Below are positions 50,962 through 64,000 of a stretch of 64,000 nucleotides of DNA, piece by piece (positions within the stretch are counted from its first letter, which is position 1; each line of letters begins with the position of its first letter). The translations under genes and the position numbers were made by a program. The notes below the pieces were generated by a model. That model searched no databases, was not told the DNA's origin, and saw only the letters and a list, made by a program, of their open reading frames with translations. Source of the stretch: Octopus sinensis (Eukaryota); contig NC_043007.1 in assembly GCF_006345805.1 (NCBI RefSeq), forward strand, positions 25,234,001 to 25,298,000. The letters run 5' to 3'.

Positions 50962-51823
50962 TGTGTCTTTGTGACTGTGTTTGTCCCCCCATCACTGTTT
51001 AGCAACTGGTGTTGGTGTGTTTACATCCCCATAACTTAGCAGTTTGACAAAAGAACCTGACAGAAGAAATACCAGGCTTTAAAAAATAGTCAAATGACTG
51101 AAACAAATAAAAGAATAAAAGAGTGAATGAGCAGTTTTAAAAACAGAGAAGTGGTGGTGGGGGGGGGGGGGCATCAGGTGTACTGTTGGTGAATTTCCTG
51201 AAGCATGGAAGTTCTGAAGAATATAGTGTCTCAACAGCTAACAACTGATGTGGGTAGTTTATTTTATGCTTCAGCAATTTTGAGCACGAAAAATAATGTT
51301 TCCGAAAGTCATGGGTGCTGTGTTGTTTTATGATTGTGTAAGCATATCCAAGAGTGTTAGAAATGGAAAATTAGTGTTTGTCTCCGTTTTGGATTAAAAC
51401 ACACAAACACACATATATACATATACACACACACACACTCACTCACTCACTCTCACACACGTGCATACATGCAAACATATACATACAATGGGCTTCCACA
51501 CAGTTTCCATCTACCAAATTCACTCAAAGGCATAAGTTAACCTGGGGCTATAGGAGACACTTACTCAAGGTGTTGTGCAGCGGGACTGAACCCAAACACA
51601 CATGGTTGCAGAGTGAGCTTCTTAACCACATAGCCCTGCCTGTGCCAAACCGAAACAAGAAAAGTGTAGGTAATGCTGACTAACACATGAACCCAAAAAT
51701 CTGCTTGATTTAAGCCATCAAAGGATTATATGAAAACAAAATTTTTTTTTTTTCTTTTTGTACCAAAATAAAACCGAAGATTTTTTTTTATTTGTTTTCA
51801 AAAATAAGAGAGGATCGACTCAC

Positions 51824-51874
51824 TCTATCAAATGATGATGATGATTCTTCAGACTGAACAATATCGTCAAATTT
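51824..51874 (-). CDS. LRPPRC: LRPPRC exon (51 nt)
   Basis: ctttccag|KFDDIVQSEESSSSFDR|gtgagt; strong splice sites, phase 0 to 0, but phase does not match the next exon (see findings). Confidence 0.6.
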
Positions 51875-53901
51875 CTGGAAAGAAAAAGAGGAAGAAATTA
51901 AAATCTTAAACAATTAGAACATGGTAGAGTCATGATTAATCATTTAAAACACACATGCACTGTTATTTTTTATCTTTAACCCTTTCGTTACTGTATTTAT
52001 TTTGAGATGCTCTGTGTTTCTTTCAATTACTTTAAATATAACAAAGAATTTAGTAAAATAACTTAGTTATCATTAAGCTAGTGCTAGGAACATGAATTGT
52101 GTCTAAGGTTTGGTGGAAGATTTTAATTTAAAACTTATTTGTAGCCAGAGCCGGTTTCAGCCGGGTTGTTAACGAAAGGGTTAACTTGTTTCAGTCACTG
52201 AACTGCGACCATGTTGGGGCATAGCCTTGAAGGATTTAGCAGAAAGGGAAAAAAAATGACCCCAGTTTAAGTCTGGTCCATCAATCTCTTTTGCCAAACT
52301 GCTAAGTTATGAGGATGTAAACAAACCAATGCTGGTTGTCAAATTGTGGTGATGATGGGGACTGAAACACAAACACACACACACATGTGTGACAGACTTC
52401 CACTCAGTCTTCATCTACGAAATTCACAAGATGTATCTGTGCCGGTGGCACATAAAAAACACGCACTACACTCTTGGAGTGGTTGGCGTTAGGAAGGGCA
52501 TCCAGCTGTAGAAACACTGCCAGATCAGACTGGAGCTTGGTGTAGTCTCCTGGCTTCCCAGACCCTGGTCGAACCATCCAACCCATGCTAGCATGGAAAA
52601 CAGATGTTAAACGATGATGATGATGTATCATTAAGCATCAAAGTCTTGTAATAAATCTACACCATACAGCATCTCTTACACAGATACATAACACAGTGTC
52701 CCACAAACTGTCCACACAACAAAATATTCTACTGGCTTTTCATCAGTTATGGTGACAAGTATTCCAGCTGATCCATTCAATGGAACAGCCTGCTCATGAA
52801 ATTAATGTGCAAGTGGTTGAGTACTCCACAGACAAGCGTACCCTTAACCCTTTAGCACTCAGATTTTTCTGTCAAAAACAATGCTTATTCATTTACATTA
52901 TTTTGTATGTGGCTGTTGCCAGTACCGCCAGACTGGCCACCGTGCCGGTGGCACTTTAAAAGCACCCACTACACTCTCGGAGTGGTTGGCGTTAGGAAGG
53001 GCATCCAGCTGTTGAAACTCTGCCAGATCAGACTGGAGCCTGGCTCAGCCATCTGGTTCGCCAGTCCTGTCAAATCGTCCAACCCATGCTAGCATGGAAA
53101 GCAGACGTTAAACAATGATGATGTGCATTGTCGTGAAGCTTCAAGATTTCAATGTTGTGAATGTTTATTTTTAAAATAACATTGTGGGATATGTGTGAGA
53201 GGCCTGATCTGGCCAGTTTGAACATGAAACAAGTAGAATATTTGTGCTGGATATGGCTGGTTTAAATGCCAAAAGGTTAAAGTAGTTCTCAGGGAGATTC
53301 AGTGTGACACAGAACGTGACAAGGCTGGCCCTTTGAGATACATTGAACTGGAGCAATGAGAAATAAAGTGTCTTGCTCAAGGACACAATCGGCCACTGGG
53401 TGTTGAACTAACTTTATGATTATGAGCCTAACACCCTAACCATTAAGCCTTGCACCTTCCAACAAAATAGCCTGAAATTTGGGGGGAGGGGCCCAGTCGG
53501 TTAGATCGACCCCAGTATGCAACTGGTACTTAATTTATTGACCTCAAAAGGATGAAAGGCAAAGTTGACCTCGGTGGAATTTGAACTCTGAACATAAAGA
53601 CAGATGACATACTGCTAAGCTTTTCGTCCGGCGTGCCAATGTTTCTACCAGCTTGCCACCCTCTTCCAGCAAACAGCAAACACTAAATGAATGCCACAAA
53701 AGCTTCTTTGTTTCTCAACAGGTGGAACTGAGTCCCAGGTATGAAATGTTTTGGTGCTGCCCATTTGACATTACTGACTCGATGCTGACTTATTTGACAT
53801 CGGACATTTTTAATGTTCTCTGTCTATGTGTATGAACATCTAGTTATGTTTGTATGTATGTGTAATGTCTCTCTCCCTCTATCTGTATCTATCTGTCAAT
53901 C

Positions 53902-53934
<33 letters not shown>

Positions 53935-54972
53935 GAAATTATTGTATGCAGTGCTCAGGTGCACCACAACTTGTCAGAAAGTGCATATAAAGTACATGCA
54001 GTAATGTAGAAATGTCTGGAAAGCGAACAATGTATGAGTCAGATACATGCTTGTGTGCGTATGGAGGGGAGAAAATCAGGTGTAGTGTTGGCGAATCTCA
54101 GGAAGCATGGAAGTTTTGAAGGATGCAGTGCTCCGACAACTAACAACCGATGCCGGCAGTTTGTTCCATGCTTCAGCAACTCTTAGCGTGAAAAAATGTT
54201 TCGTGAAGTCATGGGAGCTGTGCTGTTTTCTTACTTTGTAAATATGTCCACGGGTGTTAGATGGGTGGAGTTTGAAGAGGTGCTCAGAGTTATTGTTTGT
54301 GCGATGGTTGATAATTTTATATCTTTTATCTTTTACTCGTTTCAGTCATTAGGCTGCAACCATGCTGAGAAACTGCACTCAAAAGTTTTTTGTCAAATGT
54401 ATCGACCCCAGTACTTATTTTTTAAAAGCCTGGTACATATTCTATCATTCTGTTTTACTGAACCACTAAGGTACAGGGACATAGACACACCAGGACCAGT
54501 TGTCCAGCAGTGGTGGGGGGGGACAAACAGACACAAACACAGATATAGATATATGTATATACATATATACGGCAGGCTTCTTTCAGTTTCCATCTATCAG
54601 ATTCATTCACAAGGCTTTGATCAGCTCAATGCTGTAGTTGAGGACACTTGCCCAAGATGCCATGCAGTGGGACTGAACCTGGAACTATGTGGTTGGGAAA
54701 TAAGCTTCTTATCACACAGCCACGCCTAGATATATATTTATGCAGATGCAATGAGTTGAGTGTATGTTTGCCTCCAGCGCCAAAATATATTGTCACCGAA
54801 ACGATCTGAACACACATCCAGTCAGCATCCAAACAGCTGCACCCAACTGTCTGATTCCACAATGACTCAGAGAAGAAGACCACAAGTCTTTGAGACTCGA
54901 GTGGAAGAAGAAGGAGAGAAGACAACGATGACGAAGACTAAGAACTAGAACAGAGAGATAGAGTATACTTAC

Positions 54973-55038
54973 AGCTTGTAAAGCTTCGGGAACACTCTGA
55001 ATATTCACATTGAAGAACTCAGAGTCAAGACTGAAATT
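54973..55038 (-). CDS. LRPPRC: LRPPRC exon
   Basis: Long pyrimidine tract, ttctag|NFSLDSEFFNVNIQSVPEALQA|gtaagt; phase 0 to 0. Confidence 0.75.
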
Positions 55039-55395
55039 CTAGAAAATAAAACAAAACAGAAAAAGAATTATTAAACTGTCTTTAGTTTGGATATAAGTCG
55101 AATCGCAATGGGATGCTGGAGAGGGGCAATGTAGTAGCATTCATGCCTTTTCATTTCTCAATGATATCATAGTTACCCTCTCTCTCTCTTTCGGAGAGGC
55201 ACAAGCACCTACACGCACATATACACACACGGCAGTAACTTCCGCCTGCCGAATTCAATCACAAAGCTTCGGTCGGCTCGGGGCTATAGCAGAAGACACC
55301 TGCCCAAAGTGTCACGCAGTGGGACTGAACCCGAAACCATAGTTGAATATTATTATTATTATTGACGACGACAACGACGATAATAATAATAAAAA

Positions 55396-55438
<43 letters not shown>

Positions 55439-56823
55439 CCTTTCTACTAAAGGCACAAGGCCTGAAATTTTGGGGGAGGGGACTAGTCATTGCATCAACC
55501 CCAGTGTTTCACTGGTACTTAATTTATCGACCCCGAAAGGATGAAAGCCAAAGCTGACCTCAACGGAATTTGAACTCAGAATACTGCTAAGCATTTTTCC
55601 TGGCATGGTAATGATTCTACCAGCTCGCTGCCTTAATAATAATAAAAAACAAATACTTAATAATTCAAAATTTTGGCACAAGGCCAGCAATTTTAGAGAG
55701 ATGGAGTTAATTAATTCCATTGACCCCGCCCAACTTATCAGGCACTTTATTTTATCAACCTCAAAAGAATGAAAAGTTAAGTTGACCTGGGCATGTCTGG
55801 CATGCCAATGATTCTGCCAGCTTGCTACGTTCTTAAAATCAATATTAATAATTCTTTTAACTACGGGCACAAGGCCTGAAATTTTGGGGGAGGAGACTAG
55901 TTGATTACATTGACTCCAGTCCTCAACTCATAGTTATTTTATTGACTGAGAAGAAATGAAAGGCAAAGTCAACCTCGGTGGAATTTGAATTCAGAACATA
56001 AACAGCTGGAGTAAAAACCACTAAGCATTTTGTCTGATATGCTAAGGATTCTGCCAGATTATAGCCTTAATGATGGTTTCAAAGTCTGGCACAAGGCCAG
56101 TAATTTTAGGAGGTGGGGATTAACCAATTACATCACCCATAATACATGGCTTGTACTTAATTTCGTCAACCCTGGAGAGATGAAAGGTGAAGTTGACCTT
56201 GGCATGATTTGAACCTAGAACCTAATGTACCAGAACAATGCTACAAGGCATTTCCCCCCTATGCTCTAATGATTCTGCCAGCTTGCCATCTTTTTTGATG
56301 AGATTTGAGGAGTCAATACCTATTTCTTTACTACCCACAAGGGGCTAAACACAGAGAGAACAAACAAGGACAGACAAACGGATTAAGTCAATTATATCGA
56401 CCCAGTGCGTAACTTGTACTTATTTAATCGACCCCCGAAAGGAAGAAAGGCAAAGCTGACCTTGGCAAAATTTGAACTCAGAACGTAGCAGCAGACAAAA
56501 TACTGGTAAGCATTTCGCCCGACATGCTAACGTTTCTGCCAGCTCTCCGCCTAAGGAGTCAATACCATTAACCCTAGTACTTGACTGTCACTTTTTTATC
56601 AGCCCTGAGGAATAAAAGGCCAAGTTGATTTGAACAGAATGTAAAGCACTGCATGAAGGCATTCAAGGTTCTAGAGAAAATTGTTAATGGCTGTTTCCTT
56701 CCACTTTGAGATGTCTGAAGTGAATGTGACATAGACGAATAGTTGGCAGGGTCAGAGGAGTTGCTCCTCTTACAAATGGGATGCATTGTAGGTAAATGGC
56801 AGGAAGACTGGGATATAACATAC

Positions 56824-56958
56824 CTGTAACTTCATTTCATCAAGAATTGCTTCCAGAGACTTCCAGTTTTTCGCTCTGACCACCAATATTATCCAACTGT
56901 TGATCATTTCAGTCAGGGGTTTCGTGGGTGCCATCATTTCCTTACACAATCTTATAAT
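56824..56958 (-). CDS. LRPPRC: LRPPRC exon
   Basis: tctcag|IIRLCKEMMAPTKPLTEMINSWIILVVRAKNWKSLEAILDEMKLQ|gtatgt; phase 0 to 0; PPR-like helix pair. Confidence 0.8.
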
Positions 56959-59055
56959 CTGAGAGGCAAAGAAGAGAATAATGAAAGGTAACAATGGAGA
57001 CCATGTTGGTAAAAAGGCAATGATGAGACCAACAGCAACATATGTACACTACTGTATACAAACAAGTATTTTAAAAATTTACAAATATACATACATAGGT
57101 ATTCTTATTAATATGTGTTAGGAAGGGCATCGAGTTGTAGAAACTCTGCCAGATCAAAATTGGAATCTGGTGCAGCCATCTGGTTCACCAGTCCTCAGTC
57201 AAATCGTCCAACCCATGGAAAGCAGACGTTAAACGAGGATGATGATGATGACTTAATGTAATTGCATCTTTGTGTTTACATCTTTAATGTAATCCAACCT
57301 GTTTCAGTCATTTGACTGTCGGCGTGTTGGGGCACAGCCTTGAAGGGTTTTGGTCTAACAAATTGACCCTAGGACTTATTATTTTAAGCCTGGTACTTAT
57401 TATATCAGTCTCTTTTGCTGAACTGCTAGTTACAGTTACAAGTTACAGCTTGTTTCAGATCATGTACCCTTGAATGGCTAACAAGACCAGCTTCAAATGG
57501 GACAAAGTCAATTACAAATGAAACATTTGAAAGGATTCTTGATAACTCCTTACAAATTATTTCAATTTTGTGTGTTTAATGTGATTCACTGATAAACGCA
57601 AGTACTTACATCATCATCATCTAACGTCCATTCTCCATGCTAGCATGGGTTGGACGGTTCGACCGGGGATCTGGGAAGCCAGAAGGCTGCACCAGGCTCC
57701 GGTCTTATCTGGCAATGTTTCTACAGCTGGATGCCCTTCCTAACGCCAACCACTCCGTGAGTGTGGTGGGTGCTTTTTACGCGCCACCTGCACAGGTGCC
57801 AGACGAGGCTGGCAATGGCCACGGTCGGATTGGTGCATTTTACGTGCCACTGGCACAGAAGCCAGTCGAGGCGGCACTGGCATCGGCCACGAGTCGGATA
57901 GTGCTTTTTACGTACCACCAGTCCAGGGGTCCTGGCATCTGCGGGTGCCAGTCATAGGATTGGTTCAATTCGATTTCGATTTCACAAGCGTGTATAAATC
58001 CAGTGTCATAACAGACATTCGCATATCCATATGTATGTTTATGTGGGTTGGTGATACAAACAAGAAAACTCAAATAGAACTCCCTTTCCCTAATCTTTTT
58101 ATTTTATTTTGGCTTAGCTTATCCATTTATTTATTCATTTACTGAACAGTTTAACAGGCAAATATTTGAAGAAAAAAAACATGCATTTTTCACATGACCT
58201 TGTAATTGTTTTCATAATTTATTCTAGAAGAATTCAAAAGAAATTATATTTAACATTTTAGTTCATCAGCATTGTTTAGCATCCATTTGTCCATGGATAT
58301 GGCGGTTTGAACAGGGCTGGTAAGCTGAGGGACTGCACCAGACTCCAGTCTGATTTGGCATAGTTTCTACAGCTGGATGTCCTTCCTAATGCCACTCCAA
58401 GAGTGTAATTGGGTGCTTTTATATGCCACCGGCATGGGTGCCAGTTGCATGACACCAGTATCTGCCACAACTATGATTCCACTTGCCTTGATGGATCTTC
58501 ATTTTCAAGCACAGCATATTACCAAAGGTCTCAGTCATCTATATAAATATAATGCTCATGGCTGTGTGGTAAGTAGCTTGCTGACCAACCACATGTTTCC
58601 AGGTTCAGTCCCACTGCGTGGCACCCTGGGCAAGTGTCTTCTACTATAGCCTCAGGCCGACCAAAGCTTTGTGAGTGGATTTGGTAGAGGGAAACTGAAA
58701 GAAGCCTGTCGTATATGTATGTGTGTGTGTGTGTGTGTTTGTCCTCCCAACATCGCTTGACAATTGATGCTGGTGTGTTTACGTCCCTGCAAAAAGAGAC
58801 CGATAGAATAAGTACTAGGCTTACAAAGAATAAGTCTTGGGGTCGATTTGCTCAACTAAAGGTGGTGCTCCAGCATGGCCACTGTCAGATGACTGAAACA
58901 AGTAAAAGAGTAAAAGAGAATCTGAAGCCAGGTTGATAAGTGCCAATGCATGAACCTCTTGGCCTTAGAGTCACCATGTAATCTCCACTGATTAACGAAA
59001 GAAAAAAAAGCATGCATTTTATATAAATATTTTAGATATATATGCTTCTACATAC

Positions 59056-59150
59056 CTTCAGAAAAGACTTCCAGTCAGCAGTTTTCTTGAACTGTTTAAG
59101 TGCATATGGTTTAATTGCACCAATAACTGGGATAAATGTTTTATTCTCAA
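59056..59150 (-). CDS. LRPPRC: LRPPRC exon
   Basis: gtttag|(V)ENKTFIPVIGAIKPYALKQFKKTADWKSFLK|gtatgt; phase 1 to 0. Confidence 0.78.
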
Positions 59151-60775
59151 CTAAACAGGTAAAAAGAAATAAATTATAAAAATTTAGTTTTCTTAACTTT
59201 ATCAGTTGAGAAACGTTTAGTGATCAGAAATATTATGGAATCTTTTGACACTCTAAAATATATACTACTGCTATAATTTTTGAGGTTATGTCTGGACCCA
59301 TGCCCACGTGGAAAATAAATGTTAAAGGATGATGACGATGATGTATGTATGAGTATGTGTGTATATATAATGTATCATCATCATCGTTTAATGTCCGTTT
59401 ACCATGCTAACATGGGTTGGACGGTTCAACCGGGATCTGAGAAGCCAGAAGGCTGCACCAGGCTCCAGTCAGTCTGATCTGGCAGTGTTTCTACAGCTGG
59501 ATGCCCTTCCTAACGCCAACCACTCCATGAGTGTAGTGGATACTTTTTACATGCCACCGGCACAGGTGCCAGGCGAGGCTGGCAATGGCCACGATCGGAT
59601 TGATGCTTTTTACATGCCACCGGCACGGAAGCCAGTCAAGGCGGCTCTGTATGTATGTATGTATATATGTGAGGACACATGGCTTAGTGGTTAGGGTGTT
59701 GCACTCACAACTGCATGATTGTGGTTTCAATTCCTAGACAATGTGGTGTGTTGTGTTCTTGAGCAAAGCACTTCTGCTCTGCAATCACTTCATCACCTGA
59801 CATGTGGTACATTGTGCACCTGTCCAGGTAATGCTGATTTAATGGAAGGAGTGGGCTGATGTATAGCACATGCATTTCATCATCATCATCATTTAACGTC
59901 CGCTCTCCATGTTAGCATGGGTTGGACGGTTTTGACTGAGGGCTGGCAACCAGATGGCTGCACCAGGCTCCAGTCTTGATCTGGCAGAGTTTCTACAGCT
60001 GGATGCCCTTCCTAACGCCTACCACTCCGAGAGTGTAGTGGGCGCTTAGACTTTTTGGTAAAAGCTGAACACATATACGTCGTTTTCAATAGGAGAGTCC
60101 ATCACACACACAACAGGCTTCTTTCAGTTTCTTATTTCTTTATTACCCTCAAGGGGACAAACAAGCACAGACAAAGGATTAAGTCGATTACATCGACCCC
60201 AGTGCGTAACTGGCACTTAATTTATCGACCTGAAAGGATGAAAGGCAAAGTCAACCTCGGCGGAATTTGAACTCAGAACGTAACGGCAGACGAAACACAG
60301 CTAAGCATTTTGCCCGGCGTGCTAACGTTTCTGCCAGCTCGCCGCCTTATAGTTTCTATGTACCAAAGCCACTCACAAGTCAGTGGTCAGTGTGGGACTA
60401 TAGTAGAAGATACTTGCCCAAGGTGCCATGCAGTGGGACTGAACCTGAAACCATGTGGTTCTGAAGCAAACTTCTTAACCACACAGCTACACCGGCTCAT
60501 GGGGCCGGTTTCTGTGGCGTATGTGTTCCCCCCAGCTGGACGGGATGCCAGTCCATCACAGTTACTTCAATACACATGCCCATAATATATTTTTAAATGT
60601 TTTCTTCTTTCTTTTAGCTATCTCAATATTTCAATGTAATACCTCTGTCTCAAAGAATGAATGATTTTTTTTTTCATATTCACTGAGCCCTCGGCTAAAA
60701 TCACTTTACAAAAAAGAACTTCTTCATTATATATTTGTTATTAATATGTACACAAAGATGATAAAACATACTAAC

Positions 60776-60863
60776 CAAATGCAATAGCTGTTTCAAAAGT
60801 GGTGTGTTCCAGTAAATATGAGAAATAGTAGCAGTTGAAGTCACTGTCGGTGATTCCCAACTC
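60776..60863 (-). CDS. LRPPRC: LRPPRC exon
   Basis: gcttag|ELGITDSDFNCYYFSYLLEHTTFETAIAF+g|gttagt; phase 0 to 1. Confidence 0.75.
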
Positions 60864-61012
60864 CTAAGCAACAGAAACAGAGACAAATAGCAGAAAAGAA
60901 GGTCATACATAACTGAATTTACAGCTAAAAATATTGAGTGCATAAGTAGAAACTGAAAGGAAAGACGAATAGGGAAAGCTTCTGACAAAGCAGTAAGTTT
61001 TTAAAACCTTTA

Positions 61013-61767
61013 TACGGGGTGTCCCAAAAGTCACTGATGGGTTTCAATTTTTAATAACTTCCTTAACTTTACAAATAAATGCATGAAATTTTGATACAAT
61101 ATAAAGAACATAATGGAAATTAATATGCAGAAGTCAAATTTTGCAATACAACATCTATCTATCTATCTATCTATCCGCTCAGTCGAAGTCGACTCTCAGT
61201 CACTCGTTTGATCAGTGTCCTCCAGTCAGTTCTATCTTGGGCCGCTTCTTTCAGATTGGCTATGTCCATTCCGGTATCCCTCTTGATGGTGTCAAGCCAG
61301 CGGGTTCTTGGTCGGCCTCTTCCTCTCTTGCCACTGATCATTTCGAGCATGATGTCCTTCTCCAGGGATTTTCTCCACATAATAATACCACATCACATAT
61401 GAAAAATGACATCACTTAAATGGCAGCCATTTTTGCTTCACACACCCATGATCTTTCCAAAACATGCCCCATAACACCCATAAAATTTCGTAACAGCTCT
61501 GATTTCTCTATTGATGTTCCCCTTCAGTTGCACCAGGGTCTCTGGTTTGTTGACGTAAACCCTCTTTCAGGTATCCTTACAAGAAAAAATCTGAGCTAGC
61601 CAAGTCTGGGGAACATGAAGGCCATTCAAAGTAAACCTCACACATGGTTCCAACAAGATGGGGAAACTGCTCATACCACAAGAGAAACAATGCAGTTGTT
61701 ATGACAGTGCTTTGGGGAGACAATAATCTCTACGGCAATGTCAACTGGACTTCACGTTCCCTAGATT
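61013..61767. mobile_element. Tc1/mariner-superfamily remnant with an RTE insertion and an oppositely oriented catalytic fragment
   Basis: TIR-like tatacggggtgtcccaaaa near 61013; minus-strand EWPSCSPDL...GYLKE..YVNKPETL...HLSDVIFHM at about 61400-61627; plus-strand WFQQDGETAHTTRETMQLL at 61645 onward. Confidence 0.75.
61157..61383 (-). mobile_element. RTE/BovB-like LINE 3' fragment
   Basis: KSLEKDIMLEMISGKRGRGRPRTRWLD...QDRTDWR; (ATAG)n tail; flanking aatac(a/c)acatc target-site duplication. Confidence 0.85.
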
Positions 61768-62788
61768 TGTGTTTGTCTCCATTTTAGATTAAAACAAACA
61801 CACATTCACTCACTCTCACACACATGCATACATGTAAACATATACATACAATGGGCTTCCACACAGTTTCCATCTACCAAATTCACTCAAAGGCACTGGT
61901 CAACCTGGGGCTATAGGAGACACTTACTCAATGTCAACCACTCTGAAAGTGTAGTGGGTGCTTTTTACGTGCCACCGGCATGGAAGCCAGTCACTGAATA
62001 AAGTAGCAAAACTGAACAATTTACACTTAGTTTCCTTTTAGAGATGGTTGTTGTTTGTCTTTTCATGGACTATTTTGAAAAGGAAGAACAACACTAGGAT
62101 TATGATTTTTTTTTTTGCATGGCTTCCAAGACAGGAAGAGGAACAAAGAAACACATCAAGTGAACTTTCTTAAGCACACAGCCATTGCCAGTGCTTCCAT
62201 GTACCTTGCAACAAAATTAATCACAGACCAGCAAACTGCAAGACTCTCTTTTACTCTTTAACTTGTTTCAGTCATTTTGACTGCGGCCATGCTAGAGCAC
62301 CGCCTTTAGTCGAGCAAATCGACCCCAGGATTTATTCTTTGTAAGCCTAGTACTTATTCTAGTGGGCTCTTTTGCCGAACCGCTAACTTACAGGAACGTA
62401 AACAAACCAGCATCACTTCTCAAGTGATTTGGGGGGGGACGACAAACAGACACACAAATATATATATACATATATACGACGGGCTTCTTTCAGTTTCCGT
62501 CTACCAAATCCACTCACAAGGCTTTGGTCAGCCTGAGACTATAGTAGAAGACACTTGCCCAAGGTGCCACACAGTGGGACTGAACCCAGAACCATGTGGT
62601 TGGTAAGCAAGCTACTTACCACACAGCCACTCCTGCATCTATGAAACAAATTTTTTGGCCACAAAACTATACATGTACACTGTATGTTGCACTACAAAAA
62701 TAATATATTTAGAAATCCCTTTAAAATATGGGTTAATCCAAATTTAAACTGGCATGAAATCAGAGAAAGGAACAGAATCAATAATTAC

Positions 62789-62922
62789 ATTAAATGCCTG
62801 TTGCATTTCATCAACTGTGAATCCAAGCTGGACCATTCCAGGAATAATGTATTCATGCATCACAGCTGTGTCTTTTTCACTTTCAAACATATCTAACATC
62901 GTTTTGAAAGCTTTTAAGAAAC
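62789..62922 (-). CDS. LRPPRC: LRPPRC exon
   Basis: ttttcag|(G)FLKAFKTMLDMFESEKDTAVMHEYIIPGMVQLGFTVDEMQQAFN|gtaatt; phase 1 to 0. Confidence 0.75.
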
Positions 62923-63352
62923 CTGAAAATACAAACAGAAAATAAGTTCAGATAATTAAATTGCAAAAAGAAAAGCGTAATAACCAAAGAAAATTACTTT
63001 AAAACCACCAACAGATCGTGGTCGTTGCCATCCTCCCCTGGCACATGTAAAAAACACCATCCATACGTGGTCGATGCCAGCGCCACCTTGACTGGCTTCC
63101 GTGCCAGTGGCACATAAAAAGCACCAACCGATCGTGGCTGTTGCCAGCCTCCCCTGGCATCTGTGCCGGTGGCACGTAAAAAGCACCCACTACACTCACA
63201 GAGTGGTTGGCGTTAGGAAGGGCATCCAGCTGTAGAAACACTGCTGCCAGATCAGACTGGAGCATGGTGCAGCCTCCTGGCTTCCCAGACCCCGGTCGAA
63301 CCGTCCAACCCATGCTAGCATGGAAAACGGACGTTAAACGATGATGATGATG

Positions 63353-63580
63353 ATTGGGTTGTCTGGAAAGTTCGTGCTGATTTATAGCAGCTTACCTTTC
63401 GACTTATTTTAGAACATGGTTGAGTCCATAAAATAGGATTTGACTACACCTCCATTTAGAGCACAGTTTAAGCTATCTTTTCATGGAAGAAGGTTTATGT
63501 TCCAATAACCTGTGTTAATTCTGTAACCCTTTAAAATGGAAGATAAGAAAGTTCATTTTCGGCACTTGATGCTTTGGGAA
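63353..63580 (+). mobile_element. Mariner 5' end (TIR and truncated transposase start)
   Basis: attgggttgtctggaaagttc TIR-like start; ATG at 63536 gives MEDKKVHFRHLMLWE, then homology stops. Confidence 0.75.
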
Positions 63581-63650
63581 TCAGACAAAAATTGCTGTAG
63601 CTCGGCTAGGATGTGTTACTCCACCCTCCATATTTACCAGATACTGCTCC

Positions 63651-63685
<35 letters not shown>

Positions 63686-63980
63686 CTGTGTTTGTCCGCC
63701 CAATATCGCTTGACAACCGATGCTGGTGTGTTTACGTCCCCGTAACTTACCGGTTCGGCAAAAGAGACCGATAGAATAAGTACTAGGCTTACAAAGAATA
63801 AGTCCTGGGATCGATTTGCTCGACTAAAGGCGGTGCTCCAGCATGGCCACAGTCAAATGACTGAAGCAAGTAAAAAGAGTAAAGAGTAATCTGCATGCAT
63901 GTATGTATGTATGGATGGCTGGCTGGATGGTGTAATATACATACAACAAAAAACAAATTATGCTTAGCTAAACACCTTAC

Positions 63981-64000
63981 CTTCCTTATTGTTACTTTCT
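63981..64000 (-). CDS. LRPPRC: LRPPRC exon, partial (runs off the window)
   Basis: ESNNKE+g|gtaagg donor; phase 1 matches the next exon. Confidence 0.6.

Overview
AT-rich, intron-rich animal genomic DNA packed with microsatellites, SINEs, LINE 3' fragments and DNA-transposon remnants. The repeat landscape resembles an octopod cephalopod; this is inference from recalled repeat families, not proven. Two spliced genes face each other tail-to-tail. (1) On the + strand, the last two coding exons (4228-4453, 6837-7039) encode an HD-domain protein with the diiron and phosphonate-binding residues of PhnZ/TmpB-type C-P bond-cleaving dioxygenases at the expected spacing. Its 5' exon was not found and probably lies upstream of the window. 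(2) On the - strand, 25 coding exons (about 900 codons, 21417 to beyond 64000) encode the C-terminal two thirds of LRPPRC. All junctions are GT-AG and in phase except one, and the protein ends in a Ser/Asp-rich tail. Other notable structures are a dead tandem copy of an LRPPRC exon, a near-perfect CR1 snap-back palindrome, a 132-bp tandem array of SINE Pol III promoter heads, a full-length decayed mariner transposase and nested Tc1/RTE remnants. Almost all ORFs in the supplied track are repeat artefacts.
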